Origin: Nageia nagi
Taxonomy: Eukaryota; Plantae; Pinophyta
Direction of reading: 5' to 3'
DNA length: 64,000 nucleotides
Assembly: GCA_050084985.1 (NCBI GenBank)
Contig: JBITNC010000001.1
Location: 100,502,001 to 100,566,000 of the forward strand
Both the position numbers and the translations under genes were made by a program. Shown here in pieces: positions 52,017 through 64,000 of the stretch. The notes beneath the pieces are model-generated. The model searched no databases. It was not told the origin of the DNA and worked only from the letters and a program-made list of their open reading frames with translations. How positions within the stretch are numbered: the first letter of the stretch is position 1; every line of letters begins with the position of its first letter.

Positions 52017-52943
52017 GGTTTCTAAACATACAAATAATAATTAGTAAAAGGAAATGTAACTTTAAGTAATCATTTAATTATGACTAAAACTTATGAATAT
52101 TAACATTATGTTTTATCATAAAATACATGAAATAGTTTTAAACTAAATAAGTATTTCATATCAAAATATTTTAATATGATATGATATAATTGCATTTCAA
52201 AATTTAACTCAAACATAGAGTTATTTTCAAGTTTTAGAAAGGAAAATTTTATCAAGTTTGAAGATATATATATTAATCATCATTATGGATTCTAATAAAA
52301 TATTGTTATTTAGATTCAAAATTTGAATTGACTCAATGATACAAATTGAATTTATATGATATGTGTTCATAAATTTGATTTGTCTCTCTTTATGCTCTTT
52401 AGACTCCTTAGCCACCTTCTCTTAGAAATTTGCAATCTTCTAAATTTTTGTGCACTTATGTTGAATGACATAATCTCTTTTGATGGCACTTATCTTTTTC
52501 ACACATTTATGAAACATATATTTCACATATAAAATATTTAATAATTAAAACATTTAAATTTAAAGCTTAAAATTGAAATATATTAATAATGGATTTAAGC
52601 TTGCTCTTTCCTTTAAATAAAGTAAACTATTATTTCCCTTTTCATGGAAAAAATTCCATCTTTATTTAACAAGAAAAAAGATTGACCTTCATTATAAATA
52701 AATCTAAAAAAGATTTTATATATATATATAAGGCTATTAGAGCCACTATGGGATGATATGCCTTAGAGAGGGGATTGCATTAAACTTGGTGTTGTATATC
52801 CCACCTTCACAACACCCCCTACCCATGTGCATTATGTCTAACGAGTGTCAGATGCAGGACATGTCAAAAGTAAGAAAAGGCCCTTTTTTATGACAAAGGA
52901 AAATTGAAAAGTATTTCTTCTTACATTTTTTAATTTTTTTCAT

Positions 52944-53664
52944 GTATAATCGCAAGGCAATTATACAAAATCACCTTACAATTATACCGCAACTTTTTAT
53001 TTTTATCAGGTATAATCACAAGGCAATTATACCAAACCACCTTGTGATTATAGCATAATTTTTTTTTATTTTCATTAGTATAATTGCAAGGCAATTATAA
53101 CCAACCACCTCACAATTATATCATAACTTTTTTCTTTCATTTGGGTACAATTACAAGGCAATTATACCAAGATTTTTTCATTTTTCTTAGGTATAATCAC
53201 AAGATAATTATACCAAATTGCCTTGCGATTATACCATAACTTTTTAATTTTCATTAAGTATAATCTCAACATGATTATACCAAACTATATTGCAATTATA
53301 CCATAAATTTTTTATTTTTATTGGTATAATCATAAGGTGATTATGCCAAACCACCTTACGATTATACCCTAACTTTTTATTTTTTCAGGTATAATTGCCT
53401 TGCGATTACACCTTGACTTTTTATTTTTTTAGGTATAATCACCTTGCAATTATACCAAACTACCTTTAAATTGTACCTAATGATTTTTTAAATTTGGTGG
53501 GTACCAAACTACCTTGCAATTATACCTAATGATTTTTTTAATTTATTGAGTATAACTGCAAATTTGTCAGGTATAATAACCTTGCGATTATATCAAATCA
53601 TCTTATGATTATACCAATGAAATATTTTAAAAATTAAAATAGTATAACCATCTTACGATTATAT
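52944..53664. repeat. Array of ~12 palindromic units (~66-bp period), probably DNA-transposon subterminal repeats
   Basis: Consensus GTATAATCGCAAG-GCAATTATACCAAACCAC-CTTGCGATTATAC, whose two 13-mers are exact reverse complements, separated by T-rich spacers. Confidence 0.9.
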
Positions 53665-54210
53665 GTGCATGCATGGGCATGAATCTCGATGTCATTCATT
53701 TAAAGCACATGTTTGAAAAAACTACTATGTTTCAATTTTTTCCATTTGAAAGGTGAGGATTTCTATTCGAGCATTCATTCCCATGTATTTTATGATTTCA
53801 GTTAGAGTAGGGAAAGGAGGTTCAATGTCACATTATAGTTGGGTGTGATTTTAGAGCTTTACAGGTGAGTTTTTGGTGCCTTCCATGAAATATTTTAACC
53901 TAAATTTAAAAAAAAAAAAAGATTTTTTTGGGTTTAGGGTTATTGGGTTTATTCTTCATTCTTGTATCTTTTATCAATTTCCTTACTCTTAGAATGAATA
54001 ACAATCGATGCAAAATCATTTTGAACTATTCTTTGATTGTATTTTAAAATTTATTCAATGATGATAGCTATCAAAAGAAGGTTTGAAGAGTTTAAGGATT
54101 TGGCTTGTGTTTGGCTTTATAACTAATAATGGCATCTGTTAAAATGTCTCTAGGACCATTTGAGAATTAAATATAGGCTATTTTTGTCCTTAAAAACCCT
54201 TTTTATAGCC

Positions 54211-54288
54211 TTTATTTTTTTCTTAATCTGATTTTGGAACTAGATTAAATTTATTTTTTTCTTAATCTGATTTTGGAACTAGATTAAA
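54211..54288. repeat. Perfect tandem duplication, 2 x 39 bp
   Basis: TTTATTTTTTTCTTAATCTGATTTTGGAACTAGATTAAA twice. Confidence 0.92.
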
Positions 54289-55688
54289 TTTTCTTTGCTT
54301 TTCTTCATCACTCTTTCTAGTATTTTGAAGATTATCCTTTTTGGGTCCAATTTTTGACACATATACCCTAAATAGATGCTTCTCAAAAAGGAATTACTTG
54401 AGTTAAAAACATTTGAAGAGTGAAAAAAAATAAGGTTGAGTTTTGTAAGTAATATAGGAAGAAAAATTATGCAATTTTACTTGCATCAAAGGCACCCCAT
54501 GCATTCTCAATACCAACTAGCTCAAAATCTTCTTCCATCTCTTCAACATGTTCTTTAACTATAATGGTGGATAAAGTTGTAAACATTCCCTATTATTCAA
54601 GGTTTGCTTCTTCCTCCCAAAAATGTTCTTGAAACTAAAGAGCAATCATGAGCAGTAGGATATATAAAGTGTGTTATCGAAGTCGACCCATCTCAAATTA
54701 ATATATCTATATTGATAATCTATAAAGGTTACAATAGTAGTCGACCATGGCCTCCCTAGTATTACTATATAACCAATATTATATGTATCCTTATTCCCAA
54801 GATTCAATGACATCTTATATTATTCCTTTCTAGGTTATCCATTTATTGATCAACCATCTATAAGATCATTATTGTAGTATAGATATTTATTTAAGATAAT
54901 TATTTAGACATTTTTATGATCATTACATTAATGTCTACTCTAAGATCACTAGCACATTAGGAATATTAGTAATTTTTAATAGATATGATGATTAATAGAT
55001 ACCTTTCATCACCATATTTAGGATTGACTAATTTTTTAACTAATAAATATGATAGTTTTTCATTTATTGTATAGTTTTTGGATAAATTATCTTCTTTGGA
55101 CTTGGTTTTAATGATATAAAGCTCCTTAATTATCATTTTCAACTTTTTTGATGATTGGAGGTGTTGGTTGAGATAATATTTTACTTTATCTTAAATAGAT
55201 TTTATTATATTGAATTATATTCAAGGTAGTAGTATCTTTCTTATAAACATGATAGATATCACCTACATGTTTATTATTATTCACATTTGCTACATTTTAG
55301 GTTGGTAAAGAAGGTTGTTTTGGTAGTTGTTACTGATTTTGTTGTTTGGTATTTGTAGGTCCTATTAACAATGCTTATTTTTGAGGTAGAAATATCTTTA
55401 TTTTTATTATTAATAATTCTTTTTATGGAGCTAGAAATATTTATGTCCAACTTATTGACGGCTCCTATTACCTTTAAGTTAAGAGCTTCCCTTTAGTAAT
55501 CCAATTGCCCTATAAAAATGTTAGTCTTTAAGAAGTAAAGATGCAATGTTGTTCCACATATTCTTTTAATAAAGTGGAACCTATTGAGATGTTTGTATCA
55601 CAAATTCAATAATATTTTTCATAAGTGGCTCATTATTTATATCATTCTAATTAGATGTTCATCTTTTTCACAATGGCAGTTTGCAATA

Positions 55689-55983
55689 ATGGTGAAAGGT
55701 AAGAAGTGGCTCAAGTTATTCAACCTACCTGTCCAACAAATGTGTGAAAAAAGGTATTTTCTTGAGTTGACCTATCATGGAGCGAATTTCATTGGATAGG
55801 ATGTAGTATGATAGATTTGGTGGCAATGATACCTATTGATAGAGTGGATGATTTCAAGAGAGGTGAAGAAAATTTTCTTGAAGCCCAATGCAATTTTGTG
55901 TGTAAGCATGAAGTGAAAAATGTCTTTGATAAAAACTCTATTAATTATCCACCAAGAGTATCTACAATATGAACACATTCCAA
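55689..55983 (+). pseudogene. First coding exon of a MULE/SWIM-zinc-finger transposase-like gene, disrupted
   Basis: MVKGKKWLKLFNLPVQ.../VFS*VDLSWSEFHWIGCSMIDLVAMIPIDRVDDFKRGEEN...THSK followed by donor GTAAGT (55984). Resembles the recalled N-terminus of plant SWIM proteins (RWDEILSLPVQ...FSSADLVWS...DRVALIPFARVDDFVRGE). One frameshift and two stops. Confidence 0.72.
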
Positions 55984-56095
55984 GTAAGTGTGTTTTTTTA
56001 TTTTAACCTTTAGTTTTGTTGTGTAACTATTAGTTTTTAATTATCTATAATGTAATACCTATATTAGTCTAATATTGTGAATTTGCAATTATTAG

Positions 56096-57996
56096 TGCTA
56101 AGCAAAGTGTTGTCATTGTTGTTAATACACTCAATGTGACCCAATTGGTGTTGTGATACACTGTTTGGAGCATGGATAGGGTTGTTCATTGATGTTGAGG
56201 ATGTGTTTGATGCTCAGTTAAAGTTGGTGTAATTTGTGCAAATTTGCAAAAGTTGTCAAAACATTGCAAAAGTTGTCAAAAAGTTGTAAAACTTGCAAAA
56301 GTTATCAAAAAATTATTTGAGCTTATTTGGATATGTTTGGTGCATGTGTGGACATGTTCAATGCTCTAAAAAAGTTGTTGTAGCATGTTCTTGCAAAATT
56401 TCAAAAGATGAAAAATTTGTTAAAAAAATTGTAAAAGTTGTAAAAACTATAAAAGTTGCACAAAAGTTGTGCATATGTGCCAATGGACTATGTTGGATAG
56501 CCCAATATATCATTTAGAGCCTTATTTATCAGTTGGAAGTGAAGTTGTAGCATTAGATCAGTGTTGGTTGGAAGTTGGTACTAGCTTGGATCTCTTAATG
56601 ATTTTGGTGAAACAGGTTAATGTCACTTTGGTGTGTGTTCGAATAGGATGGATCAGTGTGGAATATGTTAGCATGTGTGGAAATAGGTCAGCATGGTGTT
56701 TGAGATGTCAACTCAGTGTTTATACCAATCATTTGCATTGTTAGTACCTAGTTGGACAATTTTGCACATTTTAGGAGTCATTAAATTAATGTTGAAGGCC
56801 ACTTTAAAAGTAGAATATTAAGAAAATAGCAAGGATTTAGACCATAAAATTTTAAATAAAATTATTTGGTACTAATATGTGCATACAATTAAAATTTCAA
56901 GCTAAAATGACATTTGAGTAATAAATTACGTGTATTACAAAAAGACAATTTCTCACTTTTTCCAGTTTTGGATTATTTTGTAGGATAGTGGTAAAATGGT
57001 AAAATCCTTTATGTTTGGTTGCAAATTTTAAAATATTATGATTTATTTATGATTAGCTCATCAAAATGAGCAACTTTTTTTTTTAACCATCTTCATCTGA
57101 GGTCTCGAGGTATGAGTTTGTACAAGGTGTTCATACTTTGGTTTGAAGTGTTTGACAAAATGTCTCTTTAAAATGTGATGGTTTCTTAAAGAGAAGATAT
57201 AGATGTTTTATTTTTTATTTAAGAGAAAAATAAAAAATAAAGAACAAGATATTTATGAGAAAGAGGAGTTACAAAAAGAAAGGGGTTTTTTTTGTTTTCT
57301 CTCAAGCAAAGAGTGAAAAATGAAATAATGATGGGTGTCTTACAATTTTGGCCATAAATTTTGATCCATGACTCCGTTTGATCTCATTCTTTTTCCAAAG
57401 TGTGCATAATTAGAAGATATATAATTTTTTCATGTATTCAAATGAATTCATTATTAAGAGCTACAAACATCATCTTATGGTATGAATTCATAATTTTGTT
57501 TATAAGGTTTTTGTTGAGCTTGTGGAAAACATTTTTGTTGTGTGTGTAGACAATTAGCTTTCAGATTATAGGAGTATAGTGGGATTGAGATAGTTAGTGT
57601 GTCAAGAGATTGAAGTTGAGTAAGACCATTTAGGTTCTTCAAGAATTAGATTCATTTTGCTATAACTTTGAGATCTTACTGAGTGGGTGCTTGGTAATCA
57701 AGATTGAAGGTTCATATAGTGGGTGCTACAAAATATTTGGTTAGTTGGTACCATCCTCATAGTGGGTGCTACAAAAATTTGTAAAATTTCATCCATTTTA
57801 TTTTTTACTAGATTTGGCTGGGATCCCAAGTAGTCCATTAGCACAGTGGTTTTTTCCCACATCAAGTTTCCATTATAAATCTTGTGTTATGTGATGCATG
57901 CTTTTGTGAGTGTGGTTGACTGCTAGATTCTTATACTTGGTTAAAGTTTTAATTCACACTAATTCACCCCCTTCTCAATGTCACACATAGTTAAAA
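56096..57996 (+). repeat. Element C 5' LTR (~1.9 kb) with AAAAGTTG(T/C) repeats in U3
   Basis: Direct repeat of 63018-64000, with about 17 mismatches in the first ~130 bp by manual count. Confidence 0.92.
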
Positions 57997-58060
57997 AATT
58001 GGTATCAGAGTAGGTTCTTATTCAATTTATATCAACTAAGGAGATCTTGATTGTAACACT

Positions 58061-61000
58061 ATGGCAAGCGGTGAAGGTTTCTCATCAAACAAGGCACCTC
58101 TCTTTAATGGAACCAATTATGCCTTTTGGAGGATTTCAATGTATATGTATCTTAGTGCTTTGGGTTTTAGTGTTTGGGATGTAGTTGAAAAATTCTACAC
58201 TCTTCCCTTTGCAAGCCTGATGGATGAAGTAAAAAGAGAGACTTTTGAGTATGATGCAAAAGCAAGAAATGCTTTAATGTGTGGTCTTGTGGATAGCGAG
58301 TTGGTAAAGGTCATGGCATGCAAGCTAGCAAAAGAAATATGGGATAAATTAAAGAGTATCCATGAAGGAAATGATAAAATAAAGGAAACAAAACTTCAAA
58401 CACATAGAGCTAAATTCAAATCAATGATGATGAATGATGATGAGATAATTGAAGCATACATGTTGTGGTTGAATGAAATTATTAATGCCATCAGAGGTCT
58501 TGGAGAGAAGATTGAAGATCAAGTCATCGTGAAAAAGGCATTGTGATATCTCCCATCTCATTTTGATTCAAAGGTGTTTGCTATAGAAAAAGCTAAAATT
58601 CTGAATACTTTTACTATGGATGAAATGCATGGGTCACTAATTGCATATGAAATGAGAATTGAAAAATCAAAACCTTCAAAAAAAGAAGCAGCATTGAAAG
58701 CCAACAAAAGTACAAAAGCTAAATCAGGTTTTGATGATGAGGAACAATTGGATGGTGTGAAAGAAAACTTTGTTACAAAGGTGAAAAGAGGAAAAGGTAA
58801 ATATAAGGGCAAGTTACCTTTCAAATATTTTAATTATGATGATGTTGGTCACTTTGTAGTGAAATGTCCATGCAAGAAAAATAATAAAAATGATCAAGGA
58901 TCACTCTATGAGAAAAACTACAAGAAGAAATCATTTGCAAACAAAGGAAAGTCAAATAGGCAAAGCTTCACAGATGATGTTTCTAGTGATGATTCAGATT
59001 AAGAATGTAATGAAGTATTATTTATGGCATTTTAAGAGAAACTAAATGAAGAGAAAGAAAAAGGCAAAGAGCAAAAAGAAGAAGAGATAGATGAAGAAGA
59101 ATTGGTAGCAGCCTTGAACAAACTAGATAAGGAAAGAAAGAAAAATAAGAAAGTCTCAAAAAGACTTAATAATGCAAGTGGTGTTATAGAAAGCTTAAAA
59201 GTAGAGGTGGAAGAATTCAAGAAGATTAATGAGGAGTTGGAGGCATAACTTCTCACAAAAGTCAAAAACTATAGTAAGCTTGAAGAGGAAATAGTTGGGC
59301 TACATATGTAGCTAGAGAAAGTCATCAAGAAGATCAATTCCTATGAGTACCTAAAAGGAAGATCAACCAAGCTTAGTGAGATCATCAATAGTCAGAGAAT
59401 GTATTCATACAAGTTTGGTTTGGGATATGAACAAGGATAGTATTCTAATGATACAAAAAAGGCAAATACTATAACAACAGAGAAGGAAGATAGCTCAAGA
59501 ATGGAGGATGATGGCTTCACATGGGTACAATCAAGAAGGAAACCTTATGCAGGATTGAGGAGTTCTCAACAATACACCAACTTTATATATTCTTTCAATG
59601 GATATTATTTTAAATGCAATACTTATGGACACAAAATTTTAGATTGTAAGTATAATATTGCTCCAAGAACTTTTGTTACTAGAAATGATTTTGGTTCGCT
59701 AATGGAGTATCAAGTTGAATGCTATAACTATCATGAGTTTGGAAACATTGCTAGATTTTGTAGAAGCAAGTATGGAATGAGTTCCTTTCCACCTATATAG
59801 TTTCCTCCTATGAGATAGAAAAGATAATTTTAGAGAAGTCCCTGCCAAGAAGAAGAAAAGGAGAATAAAAAATAAGAACCTAAAGCAAAAGTAAAACATG
59901 TTTGGAAAGAAAAGGAGAAAATCAAAGGTGATAAGGAGTCATTAATTATTCAAATGGCATTCAAAGCTCAAGATAAACCATCACCATGGATATTAGATAG
60001 CGGATGCTCAAGCCATATGATAGGTGACAAAAGGAAATTTCAAAAGTTACAAAAATATGAAGGTGGGTCCGTTAGATTTGGAAATAATGATGGTGCAAAG
60101 ATTGTTGGCAAGGGGATAGTTAAAATAAATGATGGTAAAATCATATCTGAAGAGTTATTATTTGTTGTTGGTCTAAAGCATAATTCGTTGAGTATCAATC
60201 AAATCTTTGATAAAGGCAATGATGTAATCTTTAAGAAGCATAGCTGTGGGATTTGAAGGGAAAATAATGGAAAGCTTATGGCAATTAGTACAAAAACATG
60301 TGGCAACCTATATACCTTGTCAGATATTTCTAAGGGATCATGTCTTCTAGGAAAGGAGAGTGATGATTGGCTATTGCATAAAAGACTAGGACATATCGGT
60401 TTCAAAAAATTGGTGAACATTTGCTCAAAAAGGATAATAAGGGATATCCCTAACATTAGCAAACCATCAAATGATATTTGTGATTCATGTCAAAAGGGAA
60501 AGTAAACACAAGAAATGTTCAAGGTGAAGGAATATTAAATAAGCAAACCATTGGAGATAATTCACATTGACCTATGCAGATTGATGAGGACATAAAGCAT
60601 CAATGGAGATAAGTATTTTATGTTGTTCATAGATGATTATTCAAGAATGACTTGGGTGCAATTCTTGAAACATAAATCTAAAGCATTTGAGATGTTTAAA
60701 GCCTTCAAGAATCAAGTAGAAAATCAAATAAAAAGGAGAATCAAATTCCTTCATTCAGATAGAGGAGTTGAGTTTATTTCTAATGAGCTTTTTGATTTTT
60801 GCTTAGAACATGGAATTAAAAGATAATTTTTTACACCAAGAACTCCATAGAAAAATGGAGTAATTGACAAAAAAAAAAGGGCAGTGTAAGAAATGGCTTG
60901 AACTATGTTGTTAAAAAGTAAATTTGCTGATAGGTTCTAGAAAGAAGTGGTGCACATAGCGATGTATATTCAAAATAGATGCTTATTGAGGCCACATGAG

Positions 61001-62800
61001 GACAAAACATCAAATGAATTATGGTTTAGGAGAAATGCCATAGTTAGGCACTTCAAGATCTTTGGTAGCAAATGTTACATCAAGAGGATAGAGGACAATT
61101 TGGGAAAGTTTGAGCACAAAGCTAATGATAGTATTTTTCTTCATTACTCTTCAAAGAGTAAAGCATATAAGTGTTACAATAAGAGGACAAAAATAATGGT
61201 GGATAGTGTTGATGAATAAAGAGATATTCCAAGGCAAAATGATGTTGAAAATTTTCCTATCTATGAACACTTAATTGAAATTGATGAAAAAGATAAGGAA
61301 AAATCTAAACCATAAGTATAAAAGTCATAAGTAATGAAATAAGAAGAGTTAAGCTCTCAAAGTGACTCAAATGGTTGTTGAAAAAATGAGGAGGAAGAAG
61401 AAGATAAAAATTTAAAATCTTCATCAGGTAGATTGCATAAGGATCACCCACATGAGTAAATTATTGGTGACTTTCATGTAGGTGTCCAAACTTGAAAAAG
61501 GGCTTTACATACTTATTCTCTATTATCTAGCATAAAGCCTAAAAATGTTATCGAGGCTAGTCAAGATGAAACTTGAGTCAAATTAATGGAGGAAGACACA
61601 AATTGAAAAGAATGAAACTTGGGAACTTGTTCCTAGACCAAAGAATATAAATGTGATTGGCACAAAATGGGTCTTTCACAACAAATTAAATGAAGATGCA
61701 CAGGTAGTTTAGAACAAAGCTAGATTGGTTTGCAAGGGATACGCTCAAGTTGAAGGAATTGATTTTGAAGAAACTTTTGCAATGATGGCTTGAATTTAGG
61801 TAGTTTGCATGTTTCTTACTCTTATCATTTACAAAAATTTTAAATTTTATCAAATGGATGTCAAATTGGCATTCTTGAATGGCAAACTAGATGAGGAGGT
61901 ATATATTGAGCAACCTGATGGATTCCAACTATCAGAAAATCCAAATATGGTATGCAAGTTGAAGAGAGCACTTTATGGTTTAAAATAAGCACCTTGTTCT
62001 TACTACTCAAGATTGGATACCTTTTTATGGCAACAAGGGATTAAGAAAGGTATGGTTAATATCAATCTATATGTTATGTCAGATAAGGATTTTCATATCA
62101 TTATTGTTGTGTATGTTGATGATATTATTTTTGGTGGTAGTAAAGATGAACTATGTAAGGAGTTTGTTAATCAAATACAAAGCAAGTTTGAAATGTCTAT
62201 GATAGGTGAGCTTTAATATTTCCTTGGCCTTCAAGTAAATTAGTTGAAAAATAGTATTTTTATTTTTAAAATCAAATATGTCAAGATGTTAAAGAAATTC
62301 ATGATGGAGGATTGCAAGTCAATTAGTACTCCTATGACCATGAGCTACAAATTGATAAAAGATGACAAGTCACCACCCATTGACCAAACAATGTATAAAT
62401 CTATGATTGAAAGTTTATTGTACTTGATGATTACTAGACCATACATACTACAAGCGGTTTGTATGGTTGCTCAATTTCAAGATAGCCCTAAAGAGACATA
62501 TGTCATAGCGGTAAAAAGAATTTTTAGATATCTTAAGGGAACAATGGAGTTTGGTATTTGGTAACCACATGGAAAGGACTTCACACTCATTGCTTACTCG
62601 GATGCAAATTGGGTAGGATGCATTGATGATAGAAAGAGCACTAGTGGTGGTGCATTTTATGTTGGAGATAGGTTGGTTTCTTGGCATAGTAAGAAACAAG
62701 AGTTAGTATCATTGTCTATAGTAGAGGTCAAGTATATAGTAAGGAAGTTTTTGAGTACCTTCGCAAAATGTTGGAAGTGACTCCACTTCCCAAGCATTGA
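58061..62800 (+). pseudogene. Copia gag-pol of element C, disrupted
   Basis: MASGEGFSSNKAPLFNGTNYAFW, zinc-knuckle remnants, WILDSGCSSHM, LLHKRLGH, FIDDYSR, SDRGVEF, KARLVCKGYAQVEGIDFEETFA, VYVDDIIF, DRKST, SKKQ. Most of RNase H is deleted at ~62740. Confidence 0.95.
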
Positions 62801-62918
62801 ATAGCATTTGAGACCATATTCTCAAGGGAAACATTTTCTTACTATCTTATCTTTCTGCTCTTATTTGTGATTTTTACTATAGATACTAAGATTTGCCTAA
62901 GAATATTGTGTATGGACT

Positions 62919-63017
62919 CAGGGGGAGTTTGTAGCAGCCCTTTATCATTATTGTCAAAGGGGAAGAAAAGTTGCAAGTATTTACTTGTGTGTTGCTAACA
63001 ATTCCAAAGGGGATGAT
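62919..63017 (+). promoter_or_regulatory. Multiple polypurine tracts before the 3' LTR
   Basis: CAGGGGGAG (62919), CAAAGGGGAAG (62955), CAAAGGGGATGAT (63005). A multi-PPT is a Sirevirus hallmark. Confidence 0.8.
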
Positions 63018-64000
63018 TGTTGAGCAAAGTGTTGTCATTATTTTCAACACACTCAATGGGACCCAGTTGGTGTTGTGATATAGTGTTTGAAGCATGGATA
63101 GAGATATTAAATGATGTTGAGGATGTGTTTGATGCTCAATTAAAGTTGGTGCAAGTAATTTGTCCAAATTTGCAAAAATTGTAGAAGTTATCAAAAAATT
63201 GCAAAAGTTGTCAAAAAGTTGTAAAACTTGCAAAAGTTATTAGAAAGTTATTTGGAGCTTATTTAGATATTTTTGGTGCATGTGTGGATATGTTGAGTGC
63301 TCTAAAAAAATTGTTGTAACATGTTCTTGCAAAATTTCAAAAGATGCAAAAGTTATCAAAAATTTGCAAAAGTTGTAAAACCTATAAAAGTTATGTAAAA
63401 GTTGCAAATGTTGCACATATGTGCCAATGGACTATGTTGTATAGACCAATATATCATTTAGAGCCTTGTTTATCAGTTGGAAGTGAAGTTGCAACATTGG
63501 ATCATTATTGGTTGGAAGTTGGTACTAGCTAGGATCTCTTGATGATTTTGGTGAAATAGGTTAATGTCACTTTGGTGTGTGTTTAGATAGGATGGATCAG
63601 TGTGTAACATGTTAGCATGTATGGGAAAAGGTTATCATGGTATTTTTCATTTCATCTCAATTTTTGGACCAATCATTTTCATTGTTGGTACCCGATTGGA
63701 TAATTTTGCACATTTTAGGAGTCATTAAATTAGCATCGAAGCCCACTTTAAAAGTGGAATATTAAGAAAAAAGTATGGATTTAGATCATAAAATTTTAAC
63801 TAGAGTTATTTGGTACTAATATGTACATACATTTAAAATTTAATGCTAAATTGACATTTTAGGAATAAATTACATGTATTACAAAAAGATAATTTCTCAC
63901 TTTTTCTAGTTTTGGATAGTTTTGTAGGATAGCAGTAAAATAGTAAAATACTTTATGTTTGGTTACAAATTTTAAAATATGATGATTAATTTATGATTAT
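63018..64000 (+). repeat. Element C 3' LTR (partial)
   Basis: Starts TGTTGAGCAAAGTG and aligns with 56096-57050. Confidence 0.93.

Larger units (their letters stand above)
56096..64000 (+). mobile_element. SIRE-like Ty1/copia element C (3' LTR runs off the window)
   Basis: 5' LTR at 56096-~57996 with C-rich U5 signal ATTCACCCCCTTCT (57962). PBS TGGTATCAGAG at 58000-58010. Multiple PPTs. 3' LTR starts at 63018. Left flank ATTAG is the predicted TSD. Confidence 0.93.

Noticed and set aside
52944-53664. CRISPR array
   Set aside because: The spacers are mutually similar T-tracts, the repeats are degenerate and variable in length, there are no cas genes, and the context is eukaryotic TE sequence.
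53929-53951. Interstitial telomere repeat
   Set aside because: Only one full TTTAGGG unit; at most a telo-box-like motif.
54481-54660. Possible minus-strand exon (KEHVEEMEEDFELVGIENAWGAFDA followed by GTAAAA)
   Set aside because: Short, interrupted by stops upstream, and with no recognisable family or partner exon.
56293-56744. ORFs in the LTR of element C, also seen at 63344-63532
   Set aside because: They recur only because the LTR is duplicated, the frames differ between copies, and they derive from AAAAGTTG repeats.

Overview
Gene-free, AT-rich, strongly CpG-depleted eukaryotic DNA made almost entirely of old nested transposable elements. The mix of families and the size of the elements suggest a large plant genome, most likely a gymnosperm (inference). 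No intact protein-coding gene, RNA gene or CRISPR array was found. The backbone is a decayed Ogre/Tat-type Ty3/gypsy element (+, ~6510-44691; about 17 kb once insertions are removed) with gag, protease, G-patch, RT, RNase H, a second archaeal-type RNase H and integrase, plus an antisense plant-mobile-domain (PMD) ORF. Three minus-strand LTR elements are nested in it, each flanked by a 5-bp target-site duplication (one imperfect). Element D (19956-25670) is non-autonomous and chromovirus-like, with an unknown coiled-coil cargo ORF. Element A (26562-34427) is a Copia. Element B (36584-44335) is a non-autonomous relative of A. The flanks hold a non-L1 LINE tail, a second Ogre-like relic, a 5'-truncated L1 LINE joined to a Copia fragment, a palindromic repeat array near the first exon of a MULE/SWIM-type transposase-like gene, and a SIRE-like Copia (56096 to the window end). 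The most notable signals are conserved non-coding structures shared by A and B: an identical 37-nt hairpin containing a tRNA-iMet-3'-end (anti-PBS) octamer, and stems with compensatory changes. Others are the three-way split PMD ORF, the cargo ORF of D, and the MULE/SWIM exon. All translations, alignments and counts were done by eye; family names come from recalled motifs, not database searches.
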